A stretch of DNA of 64,000 nt, taken from assembly GCF_004010195.1 (NCBI RefSeq), contig NC_057711.1, positions 74,788,433 through 74,852,432 on the forward strand, read 5' to 3'. Positions 22,189 to 35,897 of this stretch are shown here, in pieces. Each line of letters begins with the position of its first letter. The stretch's first letter is position 1. The translations under genes and the position numbers were made by a program. Source of the DNA: Chiloscyllium plagiosum (lineage: Eukaryota). Below the pieces are notes generated by a model. That model saw only the letters and a list, made by a program, of their open reading frames with translations. It was not told the origin of the DNA and made no database searches.

Positions 22189-24926
22189 TCAATCCTGTAG
22201 CTTGTTGGTAATGATAAAATGGAGGATATGCTGGGCCATGAGTTTGCAGATTATCTTGATCCATGATTCTGCTGCTCAGTCTTGAGTTGCTGGATCTCTT
22301 CGAACTCTATCCCAATTAGCACTGTCATAGTGCCATATAAGATAACTGAGGATATTTTCAATGTGAAGATGAACTTAGTCTCTACGAGGAATGTGCAGTG
22401 GACACTCTTACCACAACAGTCAGGGACAGATGCATCTGGAGCAGGCAGATATGTGAGAATGAGGTCAAAAATGTTTTTCTTTCTTGTCTGTTACTCACCA
22501 CCTATTACTGGCCCAGTCCTGCAGCTATGTCCTTTAGGATTTGATCAGTTCAGTCAGTAGTGTTATTGCTGAGCCATTCTTAATTATGGACATTGAAGTC
22601 CCTACTCAGATATACTCTTATGCCCTTGTCACCCTCAATGCTTCCTCCAAGTAGTTTTCAACATGGAGAAGTACTGATTCATCAACCAAGGGGTTGTGGT
22701 ACATGGTGATCAGCAGGAGATTTCCAGGAATTTTACCTCCCTCCTAACTGTACATGTCTACTGGGTCTGTATTTATAAACGAAGGTAACACTTTGCTTTC
22801 CTGAGAATAAGATATCAGCACTTTTTGAGTCAAACTTTAATTTTAAAAGTAATCATATTCATAAAAAGTGTTAAAGGCTGCTTCAGATGATTTAGCAAAT
22901 CCAACCAAACTGAAAAGTCAGTGACATTTTTGATACATTAAAAAAATGCCCCAATGAACTTTAAGCTTGCAAATAGATAGCAGACATTGTGTGTAAACAT
23001 TGGATGTTTCCATTCTCTTCCAATGTATACTTGACTATTGGTGTGAAAATGGTTGAGGTTTATTCTTCATATGGGTTATTATTATAAATCATTAACGAGT
23101 TCAGAAATACTTTAAATTATGAATAATGTGAATTATGGAGACACAAATGGATTGGAATTTGATAATGGACTTGAAATAACATGCTGAATTCATGCTTCAG
23201 ATGTCAGAATTTGATAACTATTCCAACTTTGAACTCTAGCCTCATGAAAATATAACCATTGAACTTTGTCATTGGTTTTCTGGAACTTCTGATTTTAGCA
23301 ACTTGAACATCAGATATAATTGCCAAAAAGTCCAGGGCATATGTTTGGTAAATGCAAGGAAAACACCTAATTTTGCTTCAGTGACTTCCCATGGTTTCTT
23401 TAAGGACAGTTGCTAACCCATTGTAGTGTTTGTGCCATGTAATTTCCAAACGGTTTTAATTCGTTATTGATATAAGATAAAGGATATTAATTTCAATATT
23501 AAAATGATCTTACATTCATTTCAGAGGATCAAAGAAAGTTCTAATGAATTTAGCCCATGCAAATCAAGTGGGTTACCACTCTAATTCTGAATGATTCATG
23601 ACAATTATGGTCTAAATTTAAACAAACAAGTGTGTTGAAATTAACTGCAAGTATATTAAATCTAATAAAAAAACTTCAAAGACAAGCTGATTGATTATGA
23701 AAATGTGGATTACGTGGCATAAAACATACATTTAGCGAGCAATGTATGACTAATTAAAATGTACATTTTGTTTTTTGTGTTCTCATTTTACATGTATGCA
23801 TTTTGCTATAAAAAATACATGTATTTTATATATGTGCATATAGACTTCAAATTAGATCTCTGATGCCCTTTATAATTCCCACATGTGAACTTCTGAATCC
23901 TGGCAACGAGAATTATGCTTTACCATGTTGGGAATTACAGCAGAATCAATTTTTCAATGTTAAAAAGCTGAAGTTGGAGCAGTCCTCGGAAAAGTTGTGA
24001 CAATCCAAATTCATCACGAGTCTTAAATTAATCCTAAAGGAGTATGAAAATATTACAAAATAATTAAAGGAGAAATTATTTGATAATTTATTTTAGTTAA
24101 ATAAAATTCAAATGACCTAATTTTACCTATTTTGCACAGAGAAATCTACAGTAATCTTCTGATGTCTATAGTTGAGTATGGTTTAAAAGACCTTAGCAAA
24201 ATCAAAGCTGATCAAAAGATCATTAGAAGTGGCATGTCTTTGGGGGAAAAGAACTTTCTACTTTTCTTACAAATATAGCAGAGAGAGTCAGTAGTTAAAA
24301 CTCCTTTATACTGCTCTTCCACTTGGGATACTTAAAATCATATCTCAGTCTTGATAGACACTGACACTTAATCATCCTTTTGGACTTTACCAATGAGTAA
24401 TATTGATATAATTCATAGAGATGTACATCACTGATAGAAATCTTCCTATCTTCCTTTAATAATAGCACGCACCTCGTGATGGAAGGAATGGTTTTAGTTA
24501 AAAAGAACAGTATGACATAACCTCTTGCAGCTGAGGAGGGAAACCTTTTCTAAAAGTTATTCAGAAGTCTGAATGTAATCTGTCCTGTAGTTAGACCTTG
24601 ATTCCATCTTTTATTACAGATCTATCTCATTGATTGACTTTTATTCAATTTTATTTTGTTCTACAACTTATGGGTGAATCAGGAAAGAGTATAAAATGGG
24701 CAAAGGTTAGGAGTACATGGTTGAGGATGTTGATTATAACAAGTTGCATATATATATATTATATATATATGCTGAAAATAGAACAAGGGTATATTCAGCT
24801 TGAGAAGACAATTTACTTGTGATGATATTAAATATTGAAAGTCAGATTAATACTATAATAACAAGAACACATATTTCTTCAGTACTTCTAACATAGTGAA
24901 CATAGCATGACGGGGGCAGTTAGACA

Positions 24927-25539
24927 TGTGACGATGTGCTCCTTTAACAATGTTATGCTGTCCTTCGCTTTTTTTTAAATCAGAGAGGGCATAAAAGCAG
25001 TGATTCTGAAAGGTCAAGGTTTTAAGGACATTAGGGCCAATTTGATTATGTTTAACAGATCCAGCCTCCGTCAAAAGACTTTCAAGTTTAAAAAAAACAC
25101 TTGTACAATGAAAGGGGAATGGCCAGTTCTTCCAGCTCAACCCTCTCCCTGGTTTGGTTTGGTTTTAGCAGGCAGTCGTTGCAAAGCTGCTGGATCCAAA
25201 AGAAGCAGGTCCAGGCTGATTCTCCCTCTCTCTGACATCTCTCCTGTAAGACCCTGTGTTTGATTTTACCTTTTTGCCAGGGGGTATTTATGGGGGTTGT
25301 AGCAAATATTTGGACAGCATCATAAAGTTGGGATAAGATGTTGGGTTTTCAGATGTTCTGCTCTCTTTTGTTTGTGTTTCATTTTGTAATATTGCAAATA
25401 AATTCTGTTTTGTTTAAAACTGAGTAGTTGGGTCAGCTGCATTGCTCCTGGAATATTCACTGTACACCTGCTTAAAACAACTAGGTTTTCGGGCTACTTT
25501 CTTAAAATGTTCTGATGGGGTCTGGCCTGATCCATAACA
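24927..25539 (+). mobile_element. Solo LTR (Gypsy/ERV-like)
   Basis: TGTGAC...CATAACA termini, AATAAA at about 25397, near-matching 4-bp flanks GACA/TACA; related to 8009-8745. Confidence 0.7.
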
Positions 25540-26144
25540 TACATCATAATTTGGCAAGATCTACTTCAGAAGATATTGAGACAGGTGACAAAATCTTCAC
25601 ACATGAAACTAGGATTTAAAGAGTATCTTAGAACAGAGTAGGGATGCACAGAGATTTAAGTGAGGAATTCCAAAGTTTAAGACCATGGTAGCTCAAAGCA
25701 TGGCAATCAAAGGACATACTAGGGGATGGTGATGGAGGGATCTGATGATCAGTTTACAAGTAAATAGTCCTGCGAATGGATGTGAACACCCTTTAGAGGA
25801 TCAATGTGGCTGCAGGAGGCCTGCCTTTCCTGCTGCACATCAAAGAGAAATGGGTCTGAAGGCCTTACAGTCTGCTGTGAGGGAGCTACATCCGTTGAGC
25901 TGGTTGCCTCACCATGTGACAGAATGCCACTCCAGTTCAAGCATAGCCAAAATTCTAACTGTGACCTATAGTTTTTGAAAACATGCTGTCTACCTCCCTA
26001 ATGTTAGCAGCCAGTTAGTACATTAGACCAACACCTGGGAAACGTCCCCAGTGGTGGGAATGCATCAGGCTGCCATTCTGACATGGTCTCTCCCATTCCT
26101 CAGCATCACTCCCTCCAGTCTTCAACACCATCCCCAAGGGGGTT

Positions 26145-26872
26145 ACAGCCACACAGCACGGAAACAGACCCTTCGGTCCAACTCATCCATGCCGACCAGA
26201 TAACCTAAACTGAACCAGTCCCATTTGCCTGTGTTTGGCCTCAGATCCCTCTTAACATTTCCTTTCCATGTATGTGTCCAAATATTTTTTAAATGTTGTA
26301 ATTGTATCTGCTTCTACCACTTCCTCTGGCAACTGCATCCATATACGCACCACCCTGAGTGAAAAAGTTGACCCTCAGGTCCCTTTTAAATTTTTCCCCT
26401 CTCACTTTAAAGGTACGCCTATGGGTTTTGGACTCCCTTACCCTGGGAAAAAGACCTTGGCTATTCATCTTATCTATGTCCCCAATGATTCAATAAACCT
26501 CTACAAGGTCACCCCTCAGCCTCCAATGCTCCAGTGAAAAAAGTCCCAGCTCTCCAGTCTCTCCTTTTAAGTCAAACTCCAGTCCCAGCAACACCTTTAT
26601 AAAATTTTTTTCTGTATTTTTTCTAGTTTAACAACGTGGTTCCTCAAGCAGAATTGAATGCAGTATTCTAAAAAGGGCCTCACCAAGTGTCTTCAACAGG
26701 TGCACCATGATGTCCCAACTCCTGTATTAAATTTTCTGACCAATGAAGGCAAACATGCCAGACACCTTCTTCAGCCCCCTATCTAGCTGTGACTCCACTT
26801 TCAAGGAACTATGAACCTGCACTCCCTCTGTTCATTAACACACCCCAGCACCCCACCATTAACTGTGTAACT
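26145..26872 (-). mobile_element. 5'-truncated CR1/HER1 LINE
   Basis: GCACGGAAACAGACCCTTCGGTCCAAC..; colinear with 11676-12337. Confidence 0.8.
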
Positions 26873-27629
26873 TATTCATTAACATGATCACTAGATTAAT
26901 GCGTTGTTTTAATGCTTTTTGAGGGCATTTGGCTACTAAAACTGACAGTATTTACTTGTGAAAGTAATTCATTGAGCATTTCTGACCAGGTGCTTCTGGC
27001 ACACTTTTCATTGGTTTAATTGGTTTTGGTGCATGCTTTACCAAAATGGCTGCTGAAGCAGAGGCAGACTGAAATCCAGAAGTTTATAGTTGCAGAGAGA
27101 CAAGGCGAAAGGAAGACAGTGTGCAAAACGAGCTCAGAAATTCTTAAAGGCAGTTCAATGAGCAACAGTTTATCAGCAAGCTTTGCTTTACCAGGAAGCC
27201 TATTCTACAACTTTTCCTCTGCTATAGCACCAACTACAGTTTAGAACATAGCCATCGACACCTTTGCCTGTGCTCCTGAACTTTCATTCTCTTCATTATT
27301 CCAGACTGTAGTATGTGACATGAGTAATGCCAGATTGTGAAGGTCTGCTTTCACCACGTAATGTATTATTTCCTGCTAAATTAATTGAGGCAGAGGAACA
27401 TTTACAACAGTAGCATAATTAGATGGTACAAGACCTGCTAATCCCTGCAACTACAAAAGCTTCTTAACAAGGTCCCATCCAGGAGCTCATTGGTTAATAA
27501 TTCAGTAATCTCCTCCAATAATAGCCTTTCATATCATTTACCATCCATAGGACAGCAATCCACCCAAAGACAACATAGGGCTTTCAAACATATTTCCATG
27601 TCTTACCTTTGTTCACTATGTCACTGCAA

Positions 27630-27925
27630 CAACAACTTACATTTATGTAACAATTTAGCGCAATAAAACAATGCAAAGACCTCAACAAGAGCAATAGGAA
27701 CATAAAATACTGATATAGAAATAGAAAGTAAAATAGAAAAGATAACAAAAAAGTACTTTTTCTGCAGTATTTAAAAAGATGACCTTGAGATACAGAGGTA
27801 GAAAGATTTAGAAGGGAAATCCAGAGTTTGGGGTCTAAACAACTGACAATGCAGCCAGTTGTGGAATGATTAAAATGGGGGATGTTCAAGAGGACAGACT
27901 TGGAAAAATGCAGAAATTTCAGGAA
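27630..27925 (-). mobile_element. Old L2-like LINE 3' fragment
   Basis: CAACAACTTACATTTAT..AGGGAAATCCAGAG; similar relics at 25580-25720 and 53160-53520. Confidence 0.45.
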
Positions 27926-28221
27926 TTCTCACTCCCCAACTTTGGCTTCTGAGGACCATAAACTGCCACTTCTGTCATCTCCAGCAAGGTGCAACTACTA
28001 GACAGATATATCCCTCCTCTCCTTTGTCAGTATTCCACAGGGATCATTCTCCCGAGACGCCTTGATTCACATCTCCATTCCCAAAAACTCTCCCCATCTC
28101 ATGGCACCTTCCAGTATAATCACAGAAGGTATAACACTTACCTGTTTACCTCCTCCCTCCTCACTATCCAAGGCCCCAGACACCTTTCAGATGAACCATC
28201 GATGTACCTGTTCTTCACTCA

Positions 28222-29664
28222 CATCCTGGTTAGAGACAAAAAAAATGCAGGCAGTCCCTCTTCAGGGCTACGTTGAACAGACTCTCTTCAGTAGCTACAC
28301 AGGCACTGCCCCCCAACTCTTCCGCCATTACATTGATGACTGCATCAGTGCAGCATCCTGCACCCAGGCTGAACTGAAGCAATTCATTGACTTCACCCAC
28401 AACTTTCACCCTGCCCTCAAATTCACTTGGTCCATCTTGGACACCTCCCTCCCCTTTCTTGACTTCTCCATTTCCATCTCTGACAACAGTCTCCAGACGG
28501 ACATTTACTATAAACCCACAGACTCTCACAACTATCTGGACTACACCTCCCACCACCCAGCATCCTGCAAAAACTCCATCCCATTCTCCCAACTCCTCTG
28601 CCTCCGTTGCATCTGCTCAGACGAGGAAACGTTCCACTCCCAAGCATCCCAGATATCCACCTATTTTGAACAATGTACTTTTCCCCCCTCTGTCATCCAG
28701 ACGTCCCTCCATCGCACTTCTTCCCTTCCCATTCCACTGCTCTAAACCCCCCCACTCTAAAGTCAATAAAGACAGGGTCCCCTTGTCCTCCCCTTCTCCC
28801 CACCAGTCTCTGCATCCAACATATCATTCTTAAACACTCGCCAGGTCCAATTAGACCCCATCACAAGGAACATCTTCCCTTCCCCACCCCTCTCCACCTT
28901 CCGCAAGGAACGTCCCCTTCTCCAATCCTTGGTTCGCGCCACTATCCCCACCGATCGCCCAAAACCCCTGGTACCTTTCCCTGCAACAGGAAAAGATGCA
29001 TCACCCCCTCACCTCCATCCAGGGCCCCAAACAGTCCTTCCAGGTGGGACAGAGGTTCACCTGCTTCTCCTCCAACCTAGTTTATTGTATCTGGTACTCC
29101 CGATGTGGTTTTCTCTACATCAGGGAGACTAAACGTAAACTCAGGGCATATTTCACTGAGCATCTCAGCCAGGCCCATATGGGCCGGCCGGACCTCCGAG
29201 TCACCACCTCCCACTCCCTCTCCGACATGTCCATCCTTGGCCTCCTCCATTGCCACTATGAATCAAACCACAAATTGGAGGATCAACACCTTATATTCCA
29301 TCTGGGCAGCCTACAGCCCAGAGGACTCAACATTGAGTTCTCCGATTCCAAATAACCTCCCTTCCCATTCCCCAACTTCCTTCCCAGCCCCTCCATCTCC
29401 CTTCCATTCCTCTGATTGATCCTTCCTTCCAGCTACCAACTGGTGTCATTCCTCCCATTGACCAATCAGGTCGTACCCTTTGCCTATGTTCACCTATCCC
29501 TACCTCACCACTCTGCCGCTCGCCCTCACACCCCCCGCATCTTTGTCTGCAGCTCCCCTTACAACTACCCGCAGTCCTGAAGAAGGTTACACCCAAAACA
29601 TTGACTTCTCCACCTCCTGATGCTGCCTGGCTTGTTGTGTTCTTCCAGCCTCCTGCTTGTTTAC
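28222..29664 (+). mobile_element. Penelope-like element, 5'-truncated: RT C-terminus, GIY-YIG endonuclease, 3' terminal repeat
   Basis: GYVEQTLF..HYIDDCI..HPALKFTWS..LPFLD..TDIYYKPTDSHNYLDYTSHHP; FTCFSSNLVYCI..CGFLYIRETKRKL; frameshifted; TSD CTTCACTCA at 28213-28221 and 29665-29673. Confidence 0.92.
29573..29606 (+). ncRNA. Hammerhead motif in Penelope 3' repeat, core mutated (GAAA to AAAA)
   Basis: AGUC-CUGAAGA-A-GG UUACAC CC-AAAA-CA-UU-GACU; perfect 4-bp stem I. Confidence 0.65.
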
Positions 29665-30111
29665 CTTCACTCAATCCAGCTTACTATATTGACTGCTCAT
29701 AACGTGGTGTCCTCTACACTGGGAAAACTAAACACAGACTGGGTGGCTATTGGCCAAATGTATACCTGTACATAAAAATGATGCTGAGATTCCGGTTGCC
29801 TGCCACTTCAACACACCACCATATTCCCACGTCAACATTTCTGTGTCAGGCCTAATGAAATAACTCTCAACCCATGCTGGAGAAACTACACCTCACCTCC
29901 CACCTAAGCACCTTGAGGAACCAATATTGAGTTTAACAATTTCAGAACATGAACAACCTCTCCCTTCCCCTTCTTTCCCCCCATACCACTAGGTCCTATC
30001 CTGTATGGGGTGCTGCCAGCACAGCCAACACAATGTTCAGCATTTACACTTCTCTTTAGCACCATCTCACTATTAACTCCCTCTTGGCGTATCATCAACA
30101 ATCTCTTTGTT

Positions 30112-30181
30112 TGTGTGTCTCTTCTCTCTCACACACAAACACACTCTCTCTCTCTCTCTCTCTCAATCCCTCTCTCTCTCT
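30112..30181. repeat. Compound (CT)n/(CA)n microsatellite
   Basis: TCTCTCTCACACACAAACACACTCTCTCTCTCTCTCTCTC. Confidence 0.9.
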
Positions 30182-31311
30182 GGGCACCATCTCCATGTAC
30201 TGTATTCACTGCTCCCTCCCTGAACTGCACCCCATCTTCAGCCTAAATACCACTCTTTCCCAGTTATCTTCAGGTTCTAATAAAGGGTCACTGAACTCAA
30301 AATGTTAACTCTGTTTTTTCTCTATAGATGAGGCCAGACCTGCTGTGTGTCTGTAGCTCTCGTTATTTTTGTTTCAGATTTCAATCACTTTCAATTCTTT
30401 GTGTTTTATTTTACCAAAATATTTATGTACTTTGAAATAAGTGGTAGTCTGCATTTTCCAGGATGAAACTGGTTCCTGCATTTATTTTGATTTAAGTTAA
30501 ATTTATTAAGTCTTCTATTGTTTCTTAGTTACCTGCATGTGTTCATATGAATTCCACTTGTAATTTCATCCTGCTATGTGCAGCAGAGTTTTATTACAGC
30601 ATATTGTTAATGGTAACATAATATAATGGTATATAGTGATATGATAAGAAGATACACCGCATCCATTACAGCATCAGGAAAGAATGACTACATACCTAGT
30701 ACTTAAAGGGATCACTCGCTTCCTCACTGCTTCCAAACCCGCAAAGAAAATTGTAATTTTAAAAAAAATTACTTCCGATACCATTTGTAACTCATTAGTA
30801 AGGCTATATTTAGACAACTGTGTAAAATCCTGGTTAACTTATCTTTAAAAGCATTGAAGCAGGCATGCAGATAAATGACAAGGGTGATTGTAGGATTCAA
30901 AGCTGCTAAATTACAAAGATAGGTTATTATAATTAAGCTTTTTCCCAAAGGCAAGATGAAGCTGAAACAGGGACATGTTTTAAAGACATAAATCATTTGG
31001 ATTAGTGCACTGTCCTTTTACTTCTAGAATGTGGATTTAATTTTTTCATCTTTAGACTCCTTGATGAGATAAATCTCACTAATTTCAATTCAAATTTGAG
31101 TTGAGGTGGGAACAGAGTGCAAAGCACGGATGGATTTTGTACTTAGAGAAGTGTGGCTTATTTTGATAAATTAAAATGTCACTTGAAGAAAAGTAAAGAA
31201 CATTCTTATGAAGTTAGGGTCAAGCCACATCGTCCATCTTGCCCATGATGCAATTTTTAAGATTATTACATTTTTGGATTGTATCTTTAGATTTAGGGTA
31301 CATGATGGGTT

Positions 31312-31692
31312 TTGTTTTATTCACTTGTGGGAGTTGCCAGCTGGCCAGCATTTATTGGCCATCCCTAGTTGCCATTGAACTGAGTGGCTTGCTAGGTCAT
31401 TTCAGAGGGCAGTTGAAAGTTAACCAATCGCTGCGGGTCTGGAGACACATTTAAGCCAGATCACATGAAGAGGGCAGATTTCCTTCCCTGAAGGACATTA
31501 ATGAGACAGGTGGGCTTTTCTGACAATCAGCAATGCCTTCATAGTCATCAGTAGATTCATAATTCCAGACTGTTTTTAGTGAATTCAAATTCCACCATCC
31601 ACCGTAGTGGTATTCAAACACAGGACCCAGAACATTAGCTGGCTTTCTGGATTAATAGTATAATAATGATACCACTAGGCCATTGCCTCCCC
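31312..31692 (-). mobile_element. Full-length bipartite tRNA-headed SINE
   Basis: Minus begins GGGGAGGCAATGGCCTAGTGG (A box, 31672-31682), GTTTGAATACC (B-box-like), ends GGCCAATAAATGCTGGCC..AATAAAACAAAA. Confidence 0.8.
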
Positions 31693-32519
31693 TATGAATT
31701 GTTCTGAGGTCTGCCTGTAAAGGTCATTGTTTGTGATCAAAGGAAGACTCTGATTGTTATGCTGGAAAGGAGGTGGAAGATATTTATGCTTGAACACAAT
31801 GCAGTAGACTCAGAGTTTATCATGAATAAATGGACTCTAAGACCCCCAAACTCCCAGAACAGCGTTGTAAACAGTTGTGTGGTAAATGATACATTTATTT
31901 CTAAGTTGAAAGGAAGGTGGGGTCAAGACTAGTTCATCAGCATTTCTAACTGCATGGAGACTCATATGTTTCACATTGCCATGGAAAATAAGGCACAGAA
32001 AGTAATTTTTGAGATCAGTGAAACAAGCTACCCTCCAAATCAAAACAATCCTCACAAATAAACAGCAGACAGCAGACAGGAGAGGTTGCTTGGCTTTGTG
32101 AGCTATCACAGATAGATGCAGAAAGGTAAAGGTTTTCAGTCAAAAAGGTGCATCTGCAGCTACCTCAGGATGTAAGAATATTTGTGCTGGTATCATCAAG
32201 GTAAATAGAATCATCAGGATGGGGTCTATTGTTGAATGTGGATGTGAAGAATTTGTTGAAAATTGAGGAAAGCTTTGATGTTATGACTTATTGAAGTAGA
32301 GATGATGGAAACCACTGGAAGCTCAGAGCAACTGAAGGTCAGCTTGACAAAGGTCACTAATTCTATGGAGAGTACAATGCTTATCAAGTATAAAAGGGCA
32401 TCACTACTTTCTGTGGTTTACAAGATAAGATGCTTAAAATAAGTTTAATTTTTTTTCTTGGTTATTTATTACAGTAAATGTTTTAAAAATGTGATGTCTG
32501 TAATGTGGAAACCATGACT

Positions 32520-32760
32520 CCTGCACTTTCGAACAGGCTGGAGGCCATAAAATGTTGGAACAGAAGTTCAGCTCATCATGTTTGCATGGCCATTCAATGT
32601 GATCATGGCTGATCTGATAATCCATAATTCCACATTCCTGTACTTTCCTCAGAACCTTTGATTCTCTTACTTTATTAAAAATCTGTCTATTTCAGCTTTG
32701 AATATATTCAATGACATGGCCTCTGAAGTCCTCTGCAATAAAGAATTTCATGCATTCAGT
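32520..32760 (-). mobile_element. CR1-type 3' fragment (resumes at about 33455)
   Basis: CATTCAATGTGATCATGGCTGATCTG..AAGAATTTCATGCATTCA then CTCTCAGAGAAAAAAG. Confidence 0.6.
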
Positions 32761-32799
32761 GCACTATTCTTTTACTCATCTATTTTGTTTTATTTACCT

Positions 32800-33453
32800 C
32801 TTGGTGAAGAGCTCAGTCATGGTGATATTGTCAATTGCGCCAAGTTGGCCCAGCAGCGCGGCATTAGAGGTGAGTTTACATTCCCGGTGCCGATTGCACT
32901 GTCAAGCTGCTCCTACCGCCGACTCGTGCTTGCTTCTGCAGAGACTTATTTAGGTCCCCAGTGGTATTTGCTTCATGATTCATGGAGATGGCGGCAGGGG
33001 CGTGTTTGGACCGAGTATGAGACCCAGCTGCATCAACAGCTGCTGCATCAGCAAGGTGAGCCCAAAGCAATGGCAATGGTGGAGTCATGTTTGGGCTGGC
33101 AGCATTGGTGGGGTTTGTATTGATGAGGTCCAGAAGGACTCATAGTGGAAAAGGTGTCAGTGGAAGTGAGATGGCACTGAAGAGTAACAACTTACATTTC
33201 AGCTGCGGGGGTATGGCAAAGAGGACTCATGTCTGGTCACCTGGCCACCAGGCTCATGACAGAACACTTCACAAAAAGCACTGAAAAGTTGGACATTTTC
33301 TTTAAATCTTCATTTTTCTGCCTTTAGATTCGATGCTGTGGCTAATTCTTCTATTTTAAGATGACACTGGAGAATGGCATCACTATACAACAGTTTTCAC
33401 TGTATTTTGCAACAGGACACACATGACATTAACTAACTCAAGTAAATAAATCA
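32800..33453 (+). mobile_element. GC-rich non-autonomous retroelement with LINE-like tail, unclassified
   Basis: Interrupts a CR1 fragment; CpG-containing 5' part; ends TTTTCACTGTATTTTG..CACATGACATTAACT..AATAAATCAA. Confidence 0.45.
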
Positions 33454-34463
33454 ACTCTCAGAGAAAAAAGAAGATCTGAATTTGCCAGAGTTGTTTGAGA
33501 AGGTGGTATATCCTTTTGAGAGGTGAAGTACCCTTTTGGATGTGCTTCTGACACACCTTAAAGGAAGGTAGGGGTCTTTTGGGTGAAATAAGTATTATTT
33601 GGGATTGCTAAGAGTGGACATAAGTGTATGTAATAAATGGACTAACTGATTGGAATTCTCAGGCTCGTTGGAGCTGTCAAGAGAATTGCTGAGAGTGCTA
33701 TAAAAGGCAAATGTTAAAGAGAGAAGTCAAGTTGTTAAGGTAACTTAGAACGCCTGCCCTTTCAATATTTGGAAATAAAAGCCTCACTATTGTTAACAAA
33801 AGTTCTTGCTATTTAATTCTGATTATTATAATTACAGTATTAGTATTCACAACCAATTGTTATCACAGCACAATGTCAATGATTTTACACTTTGATTGGA
33901 AGCTCCAAATGTTTAAGTCTTTGAGTTGAACCTTAAGTATAAATGTTTAAATCATAAGGGATTAAAGGAAGTTAAATGTACAGATTCTTTTTTTACTCAC
34001 TCAGAATTGTGTTTGAAATAGTAGACTTACAGTAACTTAAATTAATTTCAGCATGGAACTCTGCCTGTGTTTCATACAGGATGAGTTGAACTGGAGGGTG
34101 TAAGGGCAAAAGTGGGAGATGTGGATTGGAATGAGTCAGCACTAAACTGGTATTGAAGCTCTAAATGAATGCTGTAAAAAACACTTATAAGAGAAAACTA
34201 CTCTTGTGTTATACATCTATTTCCAGATAATAACTTCAAGGCATGTTCAGAGTGCTTTAAGTTGAATAGATACAATGAAGGAATTGTCATAAATAAAATT
34301 TATCTGTTCATTTTTACTACTCTAAACAGTATATTTGTTTGCAAGGGACATGTGTTTTCGTAGCCTTATTATGAGAGCAGTAATAAAATAATGCCAGAAG
34401 CACCTTTTTTTCTGAGTTTTAAAATAAAAAAGGTTGTTTAGTATTGCTGAAAAAGACAAAATC

Positions 34464-34497
34464 TGTCAAAGCTTTTTGTGCATTACTCATTAGGACA
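34464..34497 (-). ncRNA. Degenerate hammerhead motif of a further old repeat family
   Basis: Minus UGUC-CUAAUGA-GU AAUGC AC-AAAA-AGCU-UU-GACA: stem I UGUC/GACA, palindromic loop, two G-to-A core changes. Confidence 0.45.
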
Positions 34498-34831
34498 ATT
34501 CACAGAAAATATCAAAATAAATGGAAAACAATATTTGTACTCCAAATGAGAGCATTAATAACTTGACAAGTGGACTCTTGTTGAAGAAATATTATCACAG
34601 GGAATGCACCCCCCATGCACAAGATAATGATGACTGACAGTTAAACTTTAAATTAGAAAGGTTGACTTTGATTGATCAAGGCACTGCCCTGAGAATGTTC
34701 TGGAGAATGGCCATCATATATTTTCTTGATTTCAAATAGGTGCAATATGTGGATATGTTCTTTCTGTCTTTAAGTAAATTGGCTCTGTACTTTAATATAT
34801 GTAAATTGCAGTAATATATCACATATTTAAT

Positions 34832-35068
34832 GGGAGATGGCAACATAGTGACACCATCACTATGGTGCCATCTGGGGATGTGGCTTTAAATTGCATCATG
34901 GCAATTAGTGAAATTTAAATAGAATTTAAAAGTTAGTCTCAGTAATGGGAATCAAAAAACAATTGTCAAAATAACTCCTGCAGTTCAATGATGGCTTTTA
35001 AGGATAGAAATCTGCTTTTTGTTTATGTCTGTAACTCCAGGCCAACAGTAATGTGTTTTGATCTTCAA
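34832..35068 (+). mobile_element. Old copy of the tRNA-headed SINE family
   Basis: GGGAGATGGCAACATAGTG..GTGAAATTTAAAT..TTTAAGGATAGAAATCTGC..ACTCCAGGCCAACAG. Confidence 0.55.
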
Positions 35069-35897
35069 GAAAAATGGTACGTTAGGTAATGATGGAGGAG
35101 TAACACTATTAATCAAGGATGGCCTTTTATGCAATATTTAAAGATGACACTGGTTCAGGATATCAAGATGTAGAATTGGTTTTGGGTGGAGATGATAAAT
35201 AGTAGGGAAAAGACGTCACTCGTGAGAGTGGTCTGCATGTTCCTAATAGTAATCATAATGTTCATGAATAATGTTGTACTTGTGATAAAAGGGAATTCTC
35301 CTATGCAGCCTGGCTTATCATAGTCTCCTGCTCATTGTGGTAAATAGGAGAAAAGCCACAAGCTACAGAGTGATATAGATGGGTTGGTCTGATGGGCTAG
35401 ACAGTAACAAATGGAAACTAATCATGAAAAATATGTGGTAATGTATTTTGGGAGGGCTATCAAGGCAAGGGAGTATACATTAATTGGTACACTTGCATTG
35501 GAGACTTGCTTGAATAGTTTTCAAATAGAGTATGAACTCCAAATCAGAGCTGATGGTTCAATGCAATCATAGTTAAGATGCTAGTCAGTACCACAAATAT
35601 TCTGGCAGTCACCTGGATACAGGTGGAGTAATTTATGATACATAACATTTAGAGAACAAATTGCTGCAGATTTTAGCTTCAGCTTGAGAATTCTTACACA
35701 CGGACATCAAATCATCAAGGCATCAATGGGACCAACTGCCAGAAAATCATGACCGTAGGGAAGATCAAGAAATAGACCAACTCTGTTTGGAGAAGAGAAA
35801 AACTCAAAAAGATTACTTCTGCAAAAATAAAAACTTTTTGGTACGCTTTAAGACCAGTTAACAGCCAAAAGAGTCATTGAGCTAAACAGCTGCTCTG

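Larger units (their letters stand above)
21030..22725 (-). mobile_element. LINE-A internal fragment (EN to RT start)
   Basis: KVCPVHKKQVRSNLDNYHPISLLPIIS; colinear with 1060-2440. Confidence 0.8.
27927..30410 (+). mobile_element. Old Penelope element (27927-28221 and 29665-30410) split by a younger Penelope
   Basis: LTIQGPRH..CTCSSL|NPAYYIDCS*RGVLYTGKTKHRLG (GIY-YIG); degenerate hammerhead at 30274-30309. Confidence 0.7.

Noticed and set aside
28062..28745. 227-aa ORF as a functional gene
   Set aside because: Chimera of old and young Penelope sequence; 5'-truncated and frameshifted.
32698..33123. 141-aa ORF
   Set aside because: Spans a CR1/other-repeat junction; expected by chance in GC-rich sequence.
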